NCBI GenBank assembly: GCA_043798995.1
Contig: JAZDOD010000009.1
Location: 80,015 to 135,117 of the forward strand
Origin: a bacterium
Lineage (GTDB): Bacteria; Patescibacteriota; Patescibacteriia; JAACEG01; JAGUWE01
DNA: 55,103 nt
Direction of reading: 5' to 3'
The stretch's first letter is position 1, and each line of letters starts with the position of its first letter. Shown here piece after piece: positions 34,704-44,100 of this stretch. The position numbers and the translations under genes are program-made. The notes beneath the pieces were generated by a model that worked only from the letters and a program-made list of their open reading frames with translations, did no database searches and was not told where the DNA came from.

Positions 34704-34746
34704 CAGCGAGATTGCCACGTCCGCCAACTGGCGGACTCGCAATGAC
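34704..34746. repeat. GC-rich hairpin element sharing modules with the topA insertion and family A
   Basis: CAGCGAG-ATTGCCACG-TCCGCCAACTGGCGGA-CTCGCAATGAC. The 16-mer at 34720-35 is the exact reverse complement of 15053-15068. The ...CTCGCAATGAC end matches 44200-44210. Confidence 0.8.
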
Positions 34747-34758
34747 ACTAATAATTTT

Positions 34759-35067
34759 ATGGAAAATTTAGAACAAGAGGAAATTTTGAAACTTTTAAAA
34801 GAAAATTTAGAAATCTCGCAAGAGATTTTGCGACAGTCGCAAAAAGTCCAGCGCTACATTTTTTGGCAGCGAATCATTAGTTGGTTTTACATTGCTTTAA
34901 TTGTCGGGCCGATCATTTTAGCAATCATTTATCTGCCGCCGCTTCTTAAAAGCACTATTAGCCAATATCAAAATTTATTGCAGGGTGATGTCGGGCAGGG
35001 GCAAATTAATCAATTGCCAGCTAATCTCAACCTAAATGATCTGCTCAAAGGGAAATTACCCAATTAA
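34759..35067 (+). CDS. Small membrane protein, hypothetical
   Basis: 102 aa with one central TM helix (IISWFYIALIVGPIILAIIYL). Confidence 0.5.
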   Translation: MENLEQEEILKLLKENLEISQEILRQSQKVQRYIFWQRIISWFYIALIVGPIILAIIYLPPLLKSTISQYQNLLQGDVGQGQINQLPANLNLNDLLKGKLPN

Positions 35068-35380
35068 AAAAGATTTATCAAGCCAAGTTTATCAACTCTT
35101 AAGAAAAATACCTCGCGGCAAAGTTACTACCTATAAAGAGATTGCCAAAGCATTAGGGAATAAAAATTTGGCTCGCGTTGTGGGCAATATTTTAAATAAA
35201 AACCCTAAGCCAATTGCTGTTCCTTGCCATCGCGTGGTTAAATCAGACGGCAATTTAGGCGGCTTTAGTTTGGGAATTAAAAAGAAAATAGAATTACTTA
35301 AAAAAGAGGGGCTTCAAATCAAAGCCGGCAAAATCATTGATTTTAAAAATAAAATTTTTAGGTTTAAATATGAATCTTGA
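35036..35380 (+). CDS. ogt: Methylated-DNA--protein-cysteine methyltransferase, single-domain (MGMT C-terminal domain)
   Basis: IPRGKVTTYKEIA and the active-site motif IAVPCHRVV. Confidence 0.7.
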   Translation: MICSKGNYPIKKDLSSQVYQLLRKIPRGKVTTYKEIAKALGNKNLARVVGNILNKNPKPIAVPCHRVVKSDGNLGGFSLGIKKKIELLKKEGLQIKAGKIIDFKNKIFRFKYES

Positions 35381-35494
35381 CCCCGTAGCAAATCCCAGCG
35401 AAGAGTTGTTATTATTGAATCATTTTAAGGCGAATCCGCCCCACGGCTTTAATTACTACTAAGCGATTGATTTAACTTAGGATTGCTACGGGGT
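35380..35494. repeat. Family D long-range inverted repeat (ACCCCGTAGCAAATCC ... GGATTGCTACGGGGT)
   Basis: The arms are at 35380-95 and 35480-94, with an 84-nt spacer containing GGCG-AATC-CGCC. The right arm abuts a TTGACA box. Confidence 0.75.
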
Positions 35495-35522
35495 TGACAA
35501 TTGATTTTTTTGATTTTACAAT
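35494..35522 (+). promoter_or_regulatory. Sigma70-type promoter for the HtrA-like gene
   Basis: TTGACA - 17 nt - TACAAT. Confidence 0.55.
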
Positions 35523-35549
35523 TATAAGGCGATTTAACTTTTTAAATCT

Positions 35550-36785
35550 ATGACTGAAGAAACAAAAAGCATAAAAAAAATTATTATTATCACTGTTATT
35601 ACAAGCCTGATTGTAGGAACACTAGCTGGCGGCAGCGCCGGTTTTTTAGTTGGGCTAATAATTTCTCCGCAAGTTACGAATTGGTTAGGCCAGGCAGTGC
35701 CAACTATTACCAAACAGAAAACCATTGAGAAAGTCAATGAGTTGGAGCAAGAATCAGCTACCATTGCCGCGGTTAAAAAAATCAGTCCGGCCGTGGTCAG
35801 TATTATTATCACTAAAGATTTAAGTAAATTCTATAATATGACGGACCCCAATTCTTTCCCATTTAATAATTTTTTTGACTTTGGCTTTCCCTATCAGGCT
35901 CCGCCACAAGGACAACAAGAAATAGGCGGCGGCAGCGGTTTTATTATTTCTGCCGACGGCATGATTATTACCAACCGTCATGTTGTTTCTGATTCTGAAG
36001 CCGAATACACTGTGCTTACAAATGACGGCAAAAAATATGACGCCAAAGTTTTAGCTCAGGACTCAGTCAATGATGTCGCCGTTGTTAAAATAGAAGCTAA
36101 AAATTTACCTACGGTAGAATTGGGCGATTCTGATAAAATACAGATTGGCCAGTCAGTCATTGCTATTGGCAATGCTTTGGGAGAATATCGCAACACCGTC
36201 ACCCGTGGCGTGATTTCCGGCATTGGCCGGACAATTACGGCCGGCACTGAAACTGGTCAAAGTGAAGTGTTGGAAGATGTAATTCAAACCGATGCGGCTA
36301 TTAATCCGGGCAACTCCGGCGGGCCGTTGGTTGATCTTAATGGCAAAGTTATAGGCATTAATACCGCAATTAATCAGCAGGGCCAACTCATTGGTTTTGC
36401 CATTCCGATTAATGATGTTAAGCCGGCGATTACCAGTGTTGAAAAAACCGGCAAGATTGTCCGCTCTTTCTTGGGTGTCAGATATGTTTTAATCAATGAT
36501 GTCATTGCTAAAGCCAATAATTTAAAAGTCAATTACGGCGCCTTAGTGATTCGTGGACAGAATCCCGAAGATTTGGCCGTTGTGCCAGGCGGTCCGGCTG
36601 ACAAAGCTGGCATTTCGGAAAACGACATTATTTTAGAGATCAACGGCCAAAAAATTGATCAAAATCATAGTTTGACTAAAATTATCAGCAAATTTGATCC
36701 CAATAAGGAAGTGACTCTTAAAATCCTCCACCGCGGCGAGGAAAAAGAAGTCAAAGTTAAATTGGGAGAAAAGAAAAGCGAGTAA
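35550..36785 (+). CDS. HtrA/DegP-family serine protease with PDZ domain
   Basis: N-terminal TM helix; TNRHV, DVAVVKI and GNSGGPL catalytic-triad contexts; C-terminal PDZ. Confidence 0.85.
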   Translation: MTEETKSIKKIIIITVITSLIVGTLAGGSAGFLVGLIISPQVTNWLGQAVPTITKQKTIEKVNELEQESATIAAVKKISPAVVSIIITKDLSKFYNMTDPNSFPFNNFFDFGFPYQAPPQGQQEIGGGSGFIISADGMIITNRHVVSDSEAEYTVLTNDGKKYDAKVLAQDSVNDVAVVKIEAKNLPTVELGDSDKIQIGQSVIAIGNALGEYRNTVTRGVISGIGRTITAGTETGQSEVLEDVIQTDAAINPGNSGGPLVDLNGKVIGINTAINQQGQLIGFAIPINDVKPAITSVEKTGKIVRSFLGVRYVLINDVIAKANNLKVNYGALVIRGQNPEDLAVVPGGPADKAGISENDIILEINGQKIDQNHSLTKIISKFDPNKEVTLKILHRGEEKEVKVKLGEKKSE

Positions 36786-36804
36786 AAAATATTTAGCATA
36801 ATTT

Positions 36805-36834
36805 AAAAGCCCCGCTAATCGCGGAGCTTTTTTG
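36805..36834. terminator. Bidirectional terminator between convergent genes
   Basis: GCCCCGC-TAATC-GCGGAGC with an A-run upstream and TTTTTT downstream. Confidence 0.6.
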
Positions 36835-36835
36835 C

Positions 36836-37402
36836 TCATTTCTTTGATACAAAATGATTATTTTTAAGATAAAATCTCCAGAGTTTATCTTTATATTCGC
36901 CGGCGTAGTCAACGCCGACGCGTTGGCTTTTGACAATTTGGCAGGGTTTGATTTTTAAGCCGGAATCAATTATATATAATTGAGCTTTTTGGCCAAAAGC
37001 AGGCGTATTATTTAGGGATTTATCAATTTTAAAATAACAACAGAGTTTGCCCGGACCGCTGGCTAAGCGATATGGCCTTTCTTTTTTATTAAGAAGTTCA
37101 ATTGCCCGAAGTAAAACCGCCGCCGGATAATCTTTATTTTCGGTCACAACATTGAGACAGTAATACATGCCATAAATTAAATAGATATACCAAAAACCTG
37201 GCTCGCCAAACATTGCTTCGGTGCGAGGAGTTTTTCCCCGCGAAGCATGGCTGGCTTTGTCGGCCGGCCCGACATAAGCTTCGGTTTCCACAATCAGGCC
37301 GCGCCGTGTTTTTCGGCCGACTTTTCTTATTAGAATTTTTCCCAATAATTCTTTGGCTACTTTGAGAGTCGATCGGTTATAAAAATTTTGTTTTAATTTC
37401 AT
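36836..37402 (-). CDS. DNA-3-methyladenine glycosylase (Mpg/AAG family)
   Basis: IVETEAYVGPADKASHA and GFWYIYLIYGMYYCLNVV. The start is set at MKLKQNFY (37402), because the upstream 40 codons overlap the divergent gene. Confidence 0.8.
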   Translation of the reverse strand: MKLKQNFYNRSTLKVAKELLGKILIRKVGRKTRRGLIVETEAYVGPADKASHASRGKTPRTEAMFGEPGFWYIYLIYGMYYCLNVVTENKDYPAAVLLRAIELLNKKERPYRLASGPGKLCCYFKIDKSLNNTPAFGQKAQLYIIDSGLKIKPCQIVKSQRVGVDYAGEYKDKLWRFYLKNNHFVSKK

Positions 37403-37454
37403 ACGCTTGTCAAAATAACTCAAATCAAATATAGTTATATTATAGCAAAAATTT

Positions 37455-37796
37455 ATGAAAGTCCGAGGCATTATTATTAGAGGGAAGGGAAAAGGCAAAA
37501 AACTTGGCTTTCCCACGGCCAATATTGCCTTAAAAAAAGAAATTCCCAGCGGAGTTTATGAAGGATCAGTTCACATCAAAGACAAAAAATATCAAGCGGC
37601 TATTTTTGTCGGCAAAGATAAAAAAATATTAGAAGCCCATCTGACTGGATTTTTTGGGGATTTGTACGGAAAAGAAATAACCGTGGAAGTCTTAGCTAAA
37701 CTAAGGGATATTATACATTTTGATAACGATTATGATTTGATTAAACAAATATCAAAAGATATAGAAAAAATAAAATCCCCAACTCATAATTTATAA
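37455..37796 (+). CDS. Monofunctional riboflavin kinase (RibF C-terminal-domain type)
   Basis: GKGKGKKLGFPTANI...GVYEG...LEAHLTGFFGDLYGKEI. Confidence 0.75.
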   Translation: MKVRGIIIRGKGKGKKLGFPTANIALKKEIPSGVYEGSVHIKDKKYQAAIFVGKDKKILEAHLTGFFGDLYGKEITVEVLAKLRDIIHFDNDYDLIKQISKDIEKIKSPTHNL

Positions 37797-37798
37797 TT

Positions 37799-37828
37799 TC
37801 CGCCAAAGGCGGATCAGCCTTTGGCTGA
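37799..37828. repeat. Family E tandem mini-hairpins (TCCGCC-AAA-GGCGGA + TCAGCC-TTT-GGCTGA)
   Basis: 23/30 identical to 44033-44062. Confidence 0.7.
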
Positions 37829-37843
37829 CATAATTCTAAACTT

Positions 37844-38432
37844 GTGTTTACGGGAATTGTCAGAAAATTATCCGCCGTGGAAAAAATATCAAAGACAAAA
37901 AATAGCCTTTTTGTTTTTATTAGAACGCCAAAAGGTTGGAAAATTAAAAAAGGTGAAAGCATTTCAGTCAATGGCGTCTGCTCCACTGTGAGAGCGGTTG
38001 ATAGACATAAGTTTGAAGTTGAGTATATGCCGGAGACAATAAAGAAAACCAGTATCGGAAATTTCAAAAAAGGGACAGTTGTAAATTTGGAAAAAAGTTT
38101 AAGAGTCAATGATTTGCTTGATGGCCATTTGGTAATGGGGCACGTTGATACTGTCGGAACGGCAAAAGAGATTAAAAAAGTGAAGCAGTCGGTTGTCTTA
38201 AAAATTAGTATCCCAATTAACTTTATAAAATTTATCGCCGAGAAAGGATCGGTCGCAATTGACGGGATTAGCTTGACAGTGGTGGAAACCGGGAAAAATT
38301 GGTTTACGGTTTCTCTTGTCAGTTACACGCTGGAAAATACTAATTTGGGAATTTTGGAAAAAGGAGACAAAGTGAATATAGAAATAGATATATTAGCCAA
38401 ATATATAAGTAAATTAATTTCTGCCATCAAGT

Positions 38433-38449
<17 letters not shown>
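37844..38449 (+). CDS. ribE: Riboflavin synthase alpha chain
   Basis: GTG start giving MFTGIV; duplicated lumazine-binding halves (VNGVCSTV / IDGISLTV). Confidence 0.85.
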
Positions 38450-38991
<542 letters not shown>

Positions 38992-38995
38992 TACT

Positions 38996-40097
38996 ATGCA
39001 AGAGACAACTCAACAATTAGAAAAGCTCCACACGAGGATTGTTGAAGCGCGGAGGTTACTTTGACTTAGCTGCCAAAGGAAAAGAAATTGTTTCAATTGA
39101 AAAGGAAATGACGGAAAAATCTTTTTGGCAGGATCGCGAACTTGCCGCCCAAAAAGCGCAGCGCCTCAAAGAACTAAAAGAGGAAATCGAAACTTGGGAT
39201 GAAATTGAAAAAGAATTGTTAGATTTATTAGAATTGGCTAAAGTGGCCCAAATTGAGAGTGATGAGAAACTGGAAAAAGAAATAAATCTTAAAGCCCAAG
39301 AGCTTAAAAAGCGGTTTGAAAAACTGGAATTTTTTATTTTATTTTCCGGATCTTACGACAAAAATAACGCTATTTTATCAATTCATGCCGGCACCGGCGG
39401 AGTAGAAGCGCAGGATTGGGCCGAGATGCTGCTGCGGATGTATCTTCGTTTTTGCGAGAAAAAAGGTTGGCGCGCCAATTTGGTTAATGAAACGCGGGGC
39501 CAAGAAGCCGGCATTAAAAGCGCCACGCTTCATATTTTTGGCCAATTCTCTTATGGGTGGCTTAAATCAGAAGCCGGCGTTCATCGTTTGGTCCGCATTT
39601 CGCCTTTTGATGCCGAAAAAATGCGCCATACCTCTTTTGCCCTGGTGGAAGTTCTGCCGGAATTTCCAGAAACCGAATCCTCATCTCTTAAAATAAAAGA
39701 AGAAGATTTAAAAATTGATACCTTCCGTTCCTCTGGCCATGGCGGACAAAGCGTTAACACGACTGACTCGGCCGTGAGAATAGTCCATCTGCCGACCAAA
39801 ATTACCGTGGTTTGTCAAAATGAAAGAAGTCAACTGCAAAACAAAGAAACAGCCTTTAAAATTTTGCGCTCAAAACTTTATCATTTAAAATTGGAAGAGA
39901 AGCACCGGGAAAGGGCTAAACTGCGCGGTGAAGTTTTAGCTGCCCAATGGGGCAATCAAATCCGCTCTTATGTGCTTCAACCCTATCAGTTAATTAAAGA
40001 TCATCGCACTGATTATGAGGAAACCGACGCCAAAGTAGTTTTAGATGGCGAGATTGAAGGGTTTGTGGAGAGTTATTTGAAATATTTAAAAAAATAA
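38996..40097 (+). CDS. prfB: Peptide chain release factor 2 with programmed +1 frameshift (38996-39061 joined to 39063-40097)
   Basis: Frame 0 reads MQETTQQLEKLHTRIVEARRLL-TGA. The shift site is GGAGG-TTA-CTT-TGA-C. The downstream frame has SPF (RISPFD) and GGQ (SGHGGQSVN). Confidence 0.9.
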
Positions 40098-40110
40098 AAT
40101 AATACCTTTT

Positions 40111-40213
40111 GTCATTCCGCACTTGCTTGTCCCGCCATGGGCGGTGGATGCGGAATCTATATCCTAAAATAAATTAAGGATGACACTTGGATTCCCGCTT
40201 TCGCGGGAATGAC
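40111..40213. repeat. Family A composite hairpin repeat, copy 2
   Basis: GTCATTCCGCA...TGCGGAATC, then a spacer, then GGATTCCCGC-TTTC-GCGGGAATGAC. It creates the false TTG-start extension MDSRFRGND. Confidence 0.8.
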
Positions 40214-40225
40214 ACGGAAAAACTT

Positions 40226-41149
40226 ATGCCAAAAATTCTAATCACCGGCGGGGCTGGATTTATCGGCTCGCATTTAGTCGATGCTTTTATTAAAAGAGGT
40301 TATAAGGTAGTAGTGGTTGACAATCTTTCAACCGGGCGCAAAAAAAATTTCGACCCCAAAGCCAAATTTTATAAAATGGATATTCAAGATAAAAAACTTT
40401 CTGGAATTTTCCGCAGGGAAAAATTTGATTTTGTCAGCCATCATGCCGCCCAAATTGATGTGCGCCTCTCAGTAGCCGATCCTTTGTTTGATGCCCGCGT
40501 TAATATTTTGGGCAGTTTGAATTTATTAGAATGCTGCCGAAGGAACAAAGTCAAAAAAATTATTTTTGCTTCCTCGGGCGGAGCTATGTACGGTGATACT
40601 GAAGTTATTCCCACTCCGGAAGATTATCCGGCCAAACCTTGCTCGCCTTACGGCATCGCTAAAGTGACGGTTGAACATTATTTATATTATTATAAAATTG
40701 AATTTGGTCTGCCTTATGTTTGTCTGCGCTACTCAAATGTTTACGGGCCGCGTCAAAACTCCAAAGGCGAAGCCGGGGTGGTGGCAATTTTTGCTGATAA
40801 AATGTTAAACGAAGTTCAGCCGGTTATTAACGGCGCTGGCAAACAAACACGTGATTATGTTTATGTCGGCGATGTGGTGCGGGCCAATCTTTTGGCGCTG
40901 GAGAAGAAAGTTGAAGGTGAATTTAATGTTGCCACCACCAAAGAAACCTCGGTTAATGAACTATTTGCCAAAATGGTCAAAATTTTAAATCGTCCTTTTA
41001 AAGAAACTCACGGTCCAGCTAAATCCGGCGAACAAAAACGAAGCTGTCTTTCCTATGAAAAAATCAAAAAAATCTTGCTTTGGCAGCCGGCGGTCGGACT
41101 TGACGAGGGGTTGGAATTAACTATAAAGTGGTTTAAGGAGAATATATGA
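40226..41149 (+). CDS. NAD-dependent sugar-nucleotide epimerase/dehydratase (GalE-like)
   Basis: ILITGGAGFIGSH and YxxxK context (SPYGIAKV). The start is set at ATG 40226. Confidence 0.8.
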   Translation: MPKILITGGAGFIGSHLVDAFIKRGYKVVVVDNLSTGRKKNFDPKAKFYKMDIQDKKLSGIFRREKFDFVSHHAAQIDVRLSVADPLFDARVNILGSLNLLECCRRNKVKKIIFASSGGAMYGDTEVIPTPEDYPAKPCSPYGIAKVTVEHYLYYYKIEFGLPYVCLRYSNVYGPRQNSKGEAGVVAIFADKMLNEVQPVINGAGKQTRDYVYVGDVVRANLLALEKKVEGEFNVATTKETSVNELFAKMVKILNRPFKETHGPAKSGEQKRSCLSYEKIKKILLWQPAVGLDEGLELTIKWFKENI

Positions 41150-42435
41150 AAATTTTAATTATTGGCACAGGGTATGTTGGTTTGGTGACAGGAGCTTGTT
41201 TGGCTGACAAGGGCCACCAGGTCACCTGTCTTGATATTGATGAAAGAAAGATAAAAAAACTGAAACAAGGTATTTCTCCGATCCATGAACCTGGGTTGCC
41301 GGAACTTTTGGAAAAAAATATTGGTGCCAAAAAAATTTTTTTTGAGGCAAATATTTCACCGGTGATAAAAGGAGCTGAAATTGTTTTCATTGCCGTTGGT
41401 ACGCCGGCCAAGGAAAACGGGGAAGCAGATCTTTCTTATGTTGAAAAAGCATTAGAAGATGTTGGCCACAATTTGGACCACTATGTGGTGATCGTTAATA
41501 AAAGCACGGTGCCGGTCGGCACGGCTAAGCGGGCCAAAAAAATTATCAAAAAATATTATCAGGGGGAATTTGATATTGCTTCTAATCCAGAATTTTTGCG
41601 CCAGGGTTCGGCAGTCAAGGATTTTCTTTTTCCCGATCGGATTGTGGTTGGCATTGATTCAGAAAAAGCCAAAAAAATTATGGACGAGCTTTATAAGGAT
41701 TTTTCCTGCCCCAAGATTTTTACCAATTTGGAAAGCGCGGAAATGATTAAATATGCCTCCAATGCTTTTTTGGCAACCAAAATCTCTTTTATTAATGAAA
41801 TTGCCGGCGTTTGCGAAAAAGTCGGAGCTGACGTCAAGGAAGTGGCGCGTGGCATGGGGTTGGATCCTAGAATCGGCAATAAATTTCTGGAAGCAGGGCT
41901 CGGATATGGCGGCAGCTGTTTTCCCAAGGATACGAGAGCCCTTTATCAAATGGCCGGCGTTAATGGCTATGATTTTCGGATTCTTAAAGCCGTGATTGAA
42001 GTTAACAATTATCAGCGAAAATCCCTAATTGAAAAAATTGAAAGAGCCGTCGGCGAAGTTAAAAATAAAACCATCGGTATTTGGGGCTTGGCTTTTAAGC
42101 CCAACACTGATGACATTCGCGAGTCAGCTGCCATTGAAGTAATTCAACATCTAATTGGCAAGGGCGCCAACATTAAAGTTCATGATCCGGTAGCTATGCC
42201 GCGGGCTCGTGAAATTTTGGATGGGGACATTGTTTACCACGAAGATCCTTACGAAGTGGCTCGTGATGCTCATGCCATTGTAATCATTACCGATTGGCAA
42301 AGCTTTAAAGAAATTAATAAAGAGCAACTTAAAAAATTGCTTCTTGAGCCCAATATCATTGACGGCCGTAATATTTATGAAGTTGAGGAAATGAAACGGC
42401 TGGGGTTTAATTATTGGAGTATAGGGAGAACTTAG
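41146..42435 (+). CDS. ugd: UDP-glucose 6-dehydrogenase
   Basis: IIGTGYVGLVTGACLA, catalytic GGSCFPKD, and an ATGA overlap with the upstream gene. Confidence 0.9.
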   Translation: MKILIIGTGYVGLVTGACLADKGHQVTCLDIDERKIKKLKQGISPIHEPGLPELLEKNIGAKKIFFEANISPVIKGAEIVFIAVGTPAKENGEADLSYVEKALEDVGHNLDHYVVIVNKSTVPVGTAKRAKKIIKKYYQGEFDIASNPEFLRQGSAVKDFLFPDRIVVGIDSEKAKKIMDELYKDFSCPKIFTNLESAEMIKYASNAFLATKISFINEIAGVCEKVGADVKEVARGMGLDPRIGNKFLEAGLGYGGSCFPKDTRALYQMAGVNGYDFRILKAVIEVNNYQRKSLIEKIERAVGEVKNKTIGIWGLAFKPNTDDIRESAAIEVIQHLIGKGANIKVHDPVAMPRAREILDGDIVYHEDPYEVARDAHAIVIITDWQSFKEINKEQLKKLLLEPNIIDGRNIYEVEEMKRLGFNYWSIGRT

Positions 42436-42439
42436 GATA

Positions 42440-42548
42440 AATTTCCAATTTCCAATTTCCAATGAAATTTCTAATTTTTTAATGCTAAAAGTTTTGTTAA
42501 TTTAATCATTGGACATTTATTAGAAATTAGAAATTGGGAATTAGGAAT
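42440..42548. repeat. Inverted arrays of AT-rich heptads: (AATTTCC)3 ... (TAGAAAT)2 TGGGAAT TAGGAAT
   Basis: Left array at 42440-42460 (continuing degenerately to 42472); right array at 42521-42548. The right array is the reverse-complement type of the left. Confidence 0.7.
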
Positions 42549-42557
42549 TTTAAAGTT

Positions 42558-44072
42558 ATGTCTTCTTCTAAAATTTTTCTTTTTTCTTGCCTCGCTTTTA
42601 TTGCCGGTATCGGAGTTTCAAGTTTATTTCCGCCTCAAATATTTTCGGCGGATTTTTTGTTTTTTGTTTATGTTTTATTGCTAGGTTTTATTTTTACTTT
42701 GATATTCGGTTGGCAGAAAAAGAAATTAAAATTTATTTTATTTTTATTAATCTTTTTTGTTTTGGGATTTTGGCGTTACCAAATTAGTTGGCTAAAAACC
42801 GTTGAAGGCCAAATTGAATCCTATTTTGATCAGAAAATTACTTTTAGCGGAGTTGTGGCGCAGGAACCGGATGAAAGAATAGATAGTCAGCGTTTGGTCA
42901 TTCGGGTCAGCGAAGCAGAAGGCAAAGCAGCTAATGGAGAAATTTTAGTCACCGCCTCGGTCTATCCGCAACATAATTACGGCGACCGTCTTAGAATTAG
43001 TTGTAAAATAAAAAAACCGCAGAATTTTAATGACTTTGACTACGGCCAATATTTAGCCGTTTTTGATATTTATGCTATTTGCGGCTTTCCGCAAATTGAA
43101 GTTTTGGAAAAAAATCAAGGCGGAAAATTTTATCAAGAAATTTTTGCTTTTAAGAAAAAATTAAGGCAAGTTACCGTTGAAAACTTAGCCGAGCCGCCGG
43201 CCGGCTTTTTGATCGCCTTTTTACTTGGCGATAAAAAAAGTTTGGACCAAACGCTTTTTAATAATTTTGCTAAATCTGGCTTGGCCCATATTATTGCCAT
43301 TTCAGGCCAACATATCACAATTATTTCTGTTTTACTTTTAAGTTTTTTTATCAGTTTAGGCTTTTGGCGAAAACAAGCTTTTTACTTAATTTCTTTTTGT
43401 TTGATTTCTTACGTTATTATTATTGGAGCGCCGGCCTCGGCAGTCCGCGCTGCTATTATGGGTTTTTTGCTGCTTTTTGCCATGCATTTGGGACGGCTCA
43501 ACAGCGCTGACCGGGCTTTGAGTTTGGCGGCGGCTTTAATGCTGGCTTTTAATCCAAAATTAATCTTGGAAGCCGGTTTTCAATTGTCGTTTGCTGCCAC
43601 TATGGGCATTGTTTATTTTTATCCTTTTTTCCGCGAAAGGTTAAGAAAGGTTTCCTCATTCTGGGGACTGCGTGACTTGGTTTTGATCACCTTAGCGGCT
43701 CAAATTGCTGTTTTGCCGCTTAGTCTTTATTATTTTAAAAGATTGCCCCTTTTTTCAATTTTGGCTAATTTTTTAGTTTTGCCGATTTTACCCTTGGTCA
43801 TTTCTTTGGGCTTTGCCGCGCTTTTTATTGGTTTAATTTATCCGGCTTTAGCTAAGATTTTATTTTGGTTTCTTTGGCTGATTCTTATCTATATTATTAA
43901 AGTAGCCGAATATTCAGTTAAGCTGCCCTTAAGTTATTTTGAATTTCAGCGAGTTTCCTGGTGGTGGGCGGGAGGAGGTTATTTTGTGATTATTGGAATA
44001 ATAATAAAATTCAAAACTCAAAAGGAAAAGTCTCCGCTCGAGGCGGATCCATCTTTGGCGGAAAAAGTTTAA
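42558..44072 (+). CDS. comEC: ComEC/Rec2 DNA-uptake channel (DUF4131 + competence domains only; no MBL domain)
   Basis: Multi-TM protein with the AHIIAISGQHITI motif. ATG 42558 is preferred over TTG 42534. The last ~13 codons are encoded by a family E repeat. Confidence 0.8.
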   Translation: MSSSKIFLFSCLAFIAGIGVSSLFPPQIFSADFLFFVYVLLLGFIFTLIFGWQKKKLKFILFLLIFFVLGFWRYQISWLKTVEGQIESYFDQKITFSGVVAQEPDERIDSQRLVIRVSEAEGKAANGEILVTASVYPQHNYGDRLRISCKIKKPQNFNDFDYGQYLAVFDIYAICGFPQIEVLEKNQGGKFYQEIFAFKKKLRQVTVENLAEPPAGFLIAFLLGDKKSLDQTLFNNFAKSGLAHIIAISGQHITIISVLLLSFFISLGFWRKQAFYLISFCLISYVIIIGAPASAVRAAIMGFLLLFAMHLGRLNSADRALSLAAALMLAFNPKLILEAGFQLSFAATMGIVYFYPFFRERLRKVSSFWGLRDLVLITLAAQIAVLPLSLYYFKRLPLFSILANFLVLPILPLVISLGFAALFIGLIYPALAKILFWFLWLILIYIIKVAEYSVKLPLSYFEFQRVSWWWAGGGYFVIIGIIIKFKTQKEKSPLEADPSLAEKV

Positions 44073-44100
44073 GTTAAAAGTCAAAAGTGACAGCCTTATT

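Noticed and set aside
38996-40097. Alternative genetic code (UGA sense), as in some CPR lineages.
   Set aside because: RF2 is present with a UGA-dependent autoregulatory frameshift site. Many ORFs end cleanly at TGA next to terminators or coupled starts (ATGA overlaps).
40187-40225. TTG-start N-terminal extension MDSRFRGNDTEKL of the epimerase. Similarly, the TTG 42534 start for comEC, GTG 16569 for dprA, the 2481 start for the hydrolase, and 37522 for mpg.
   Set aside because: The extensions are encoded by repeat elements or overlap neighbouring genes. Canonical ATG codons sit right at the start of the conserved domains (GxGxxG etc.).
42440-42548. CRISPR array or other spacer-repeat structure, at the heptad arrays here and at 55053-55085.
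   Set aside because: The units are 7 nt, head to tail, with no spacers. No repeats of 24-48 nt with unique spacers occur anywhere in the window, and there are no cas genes.
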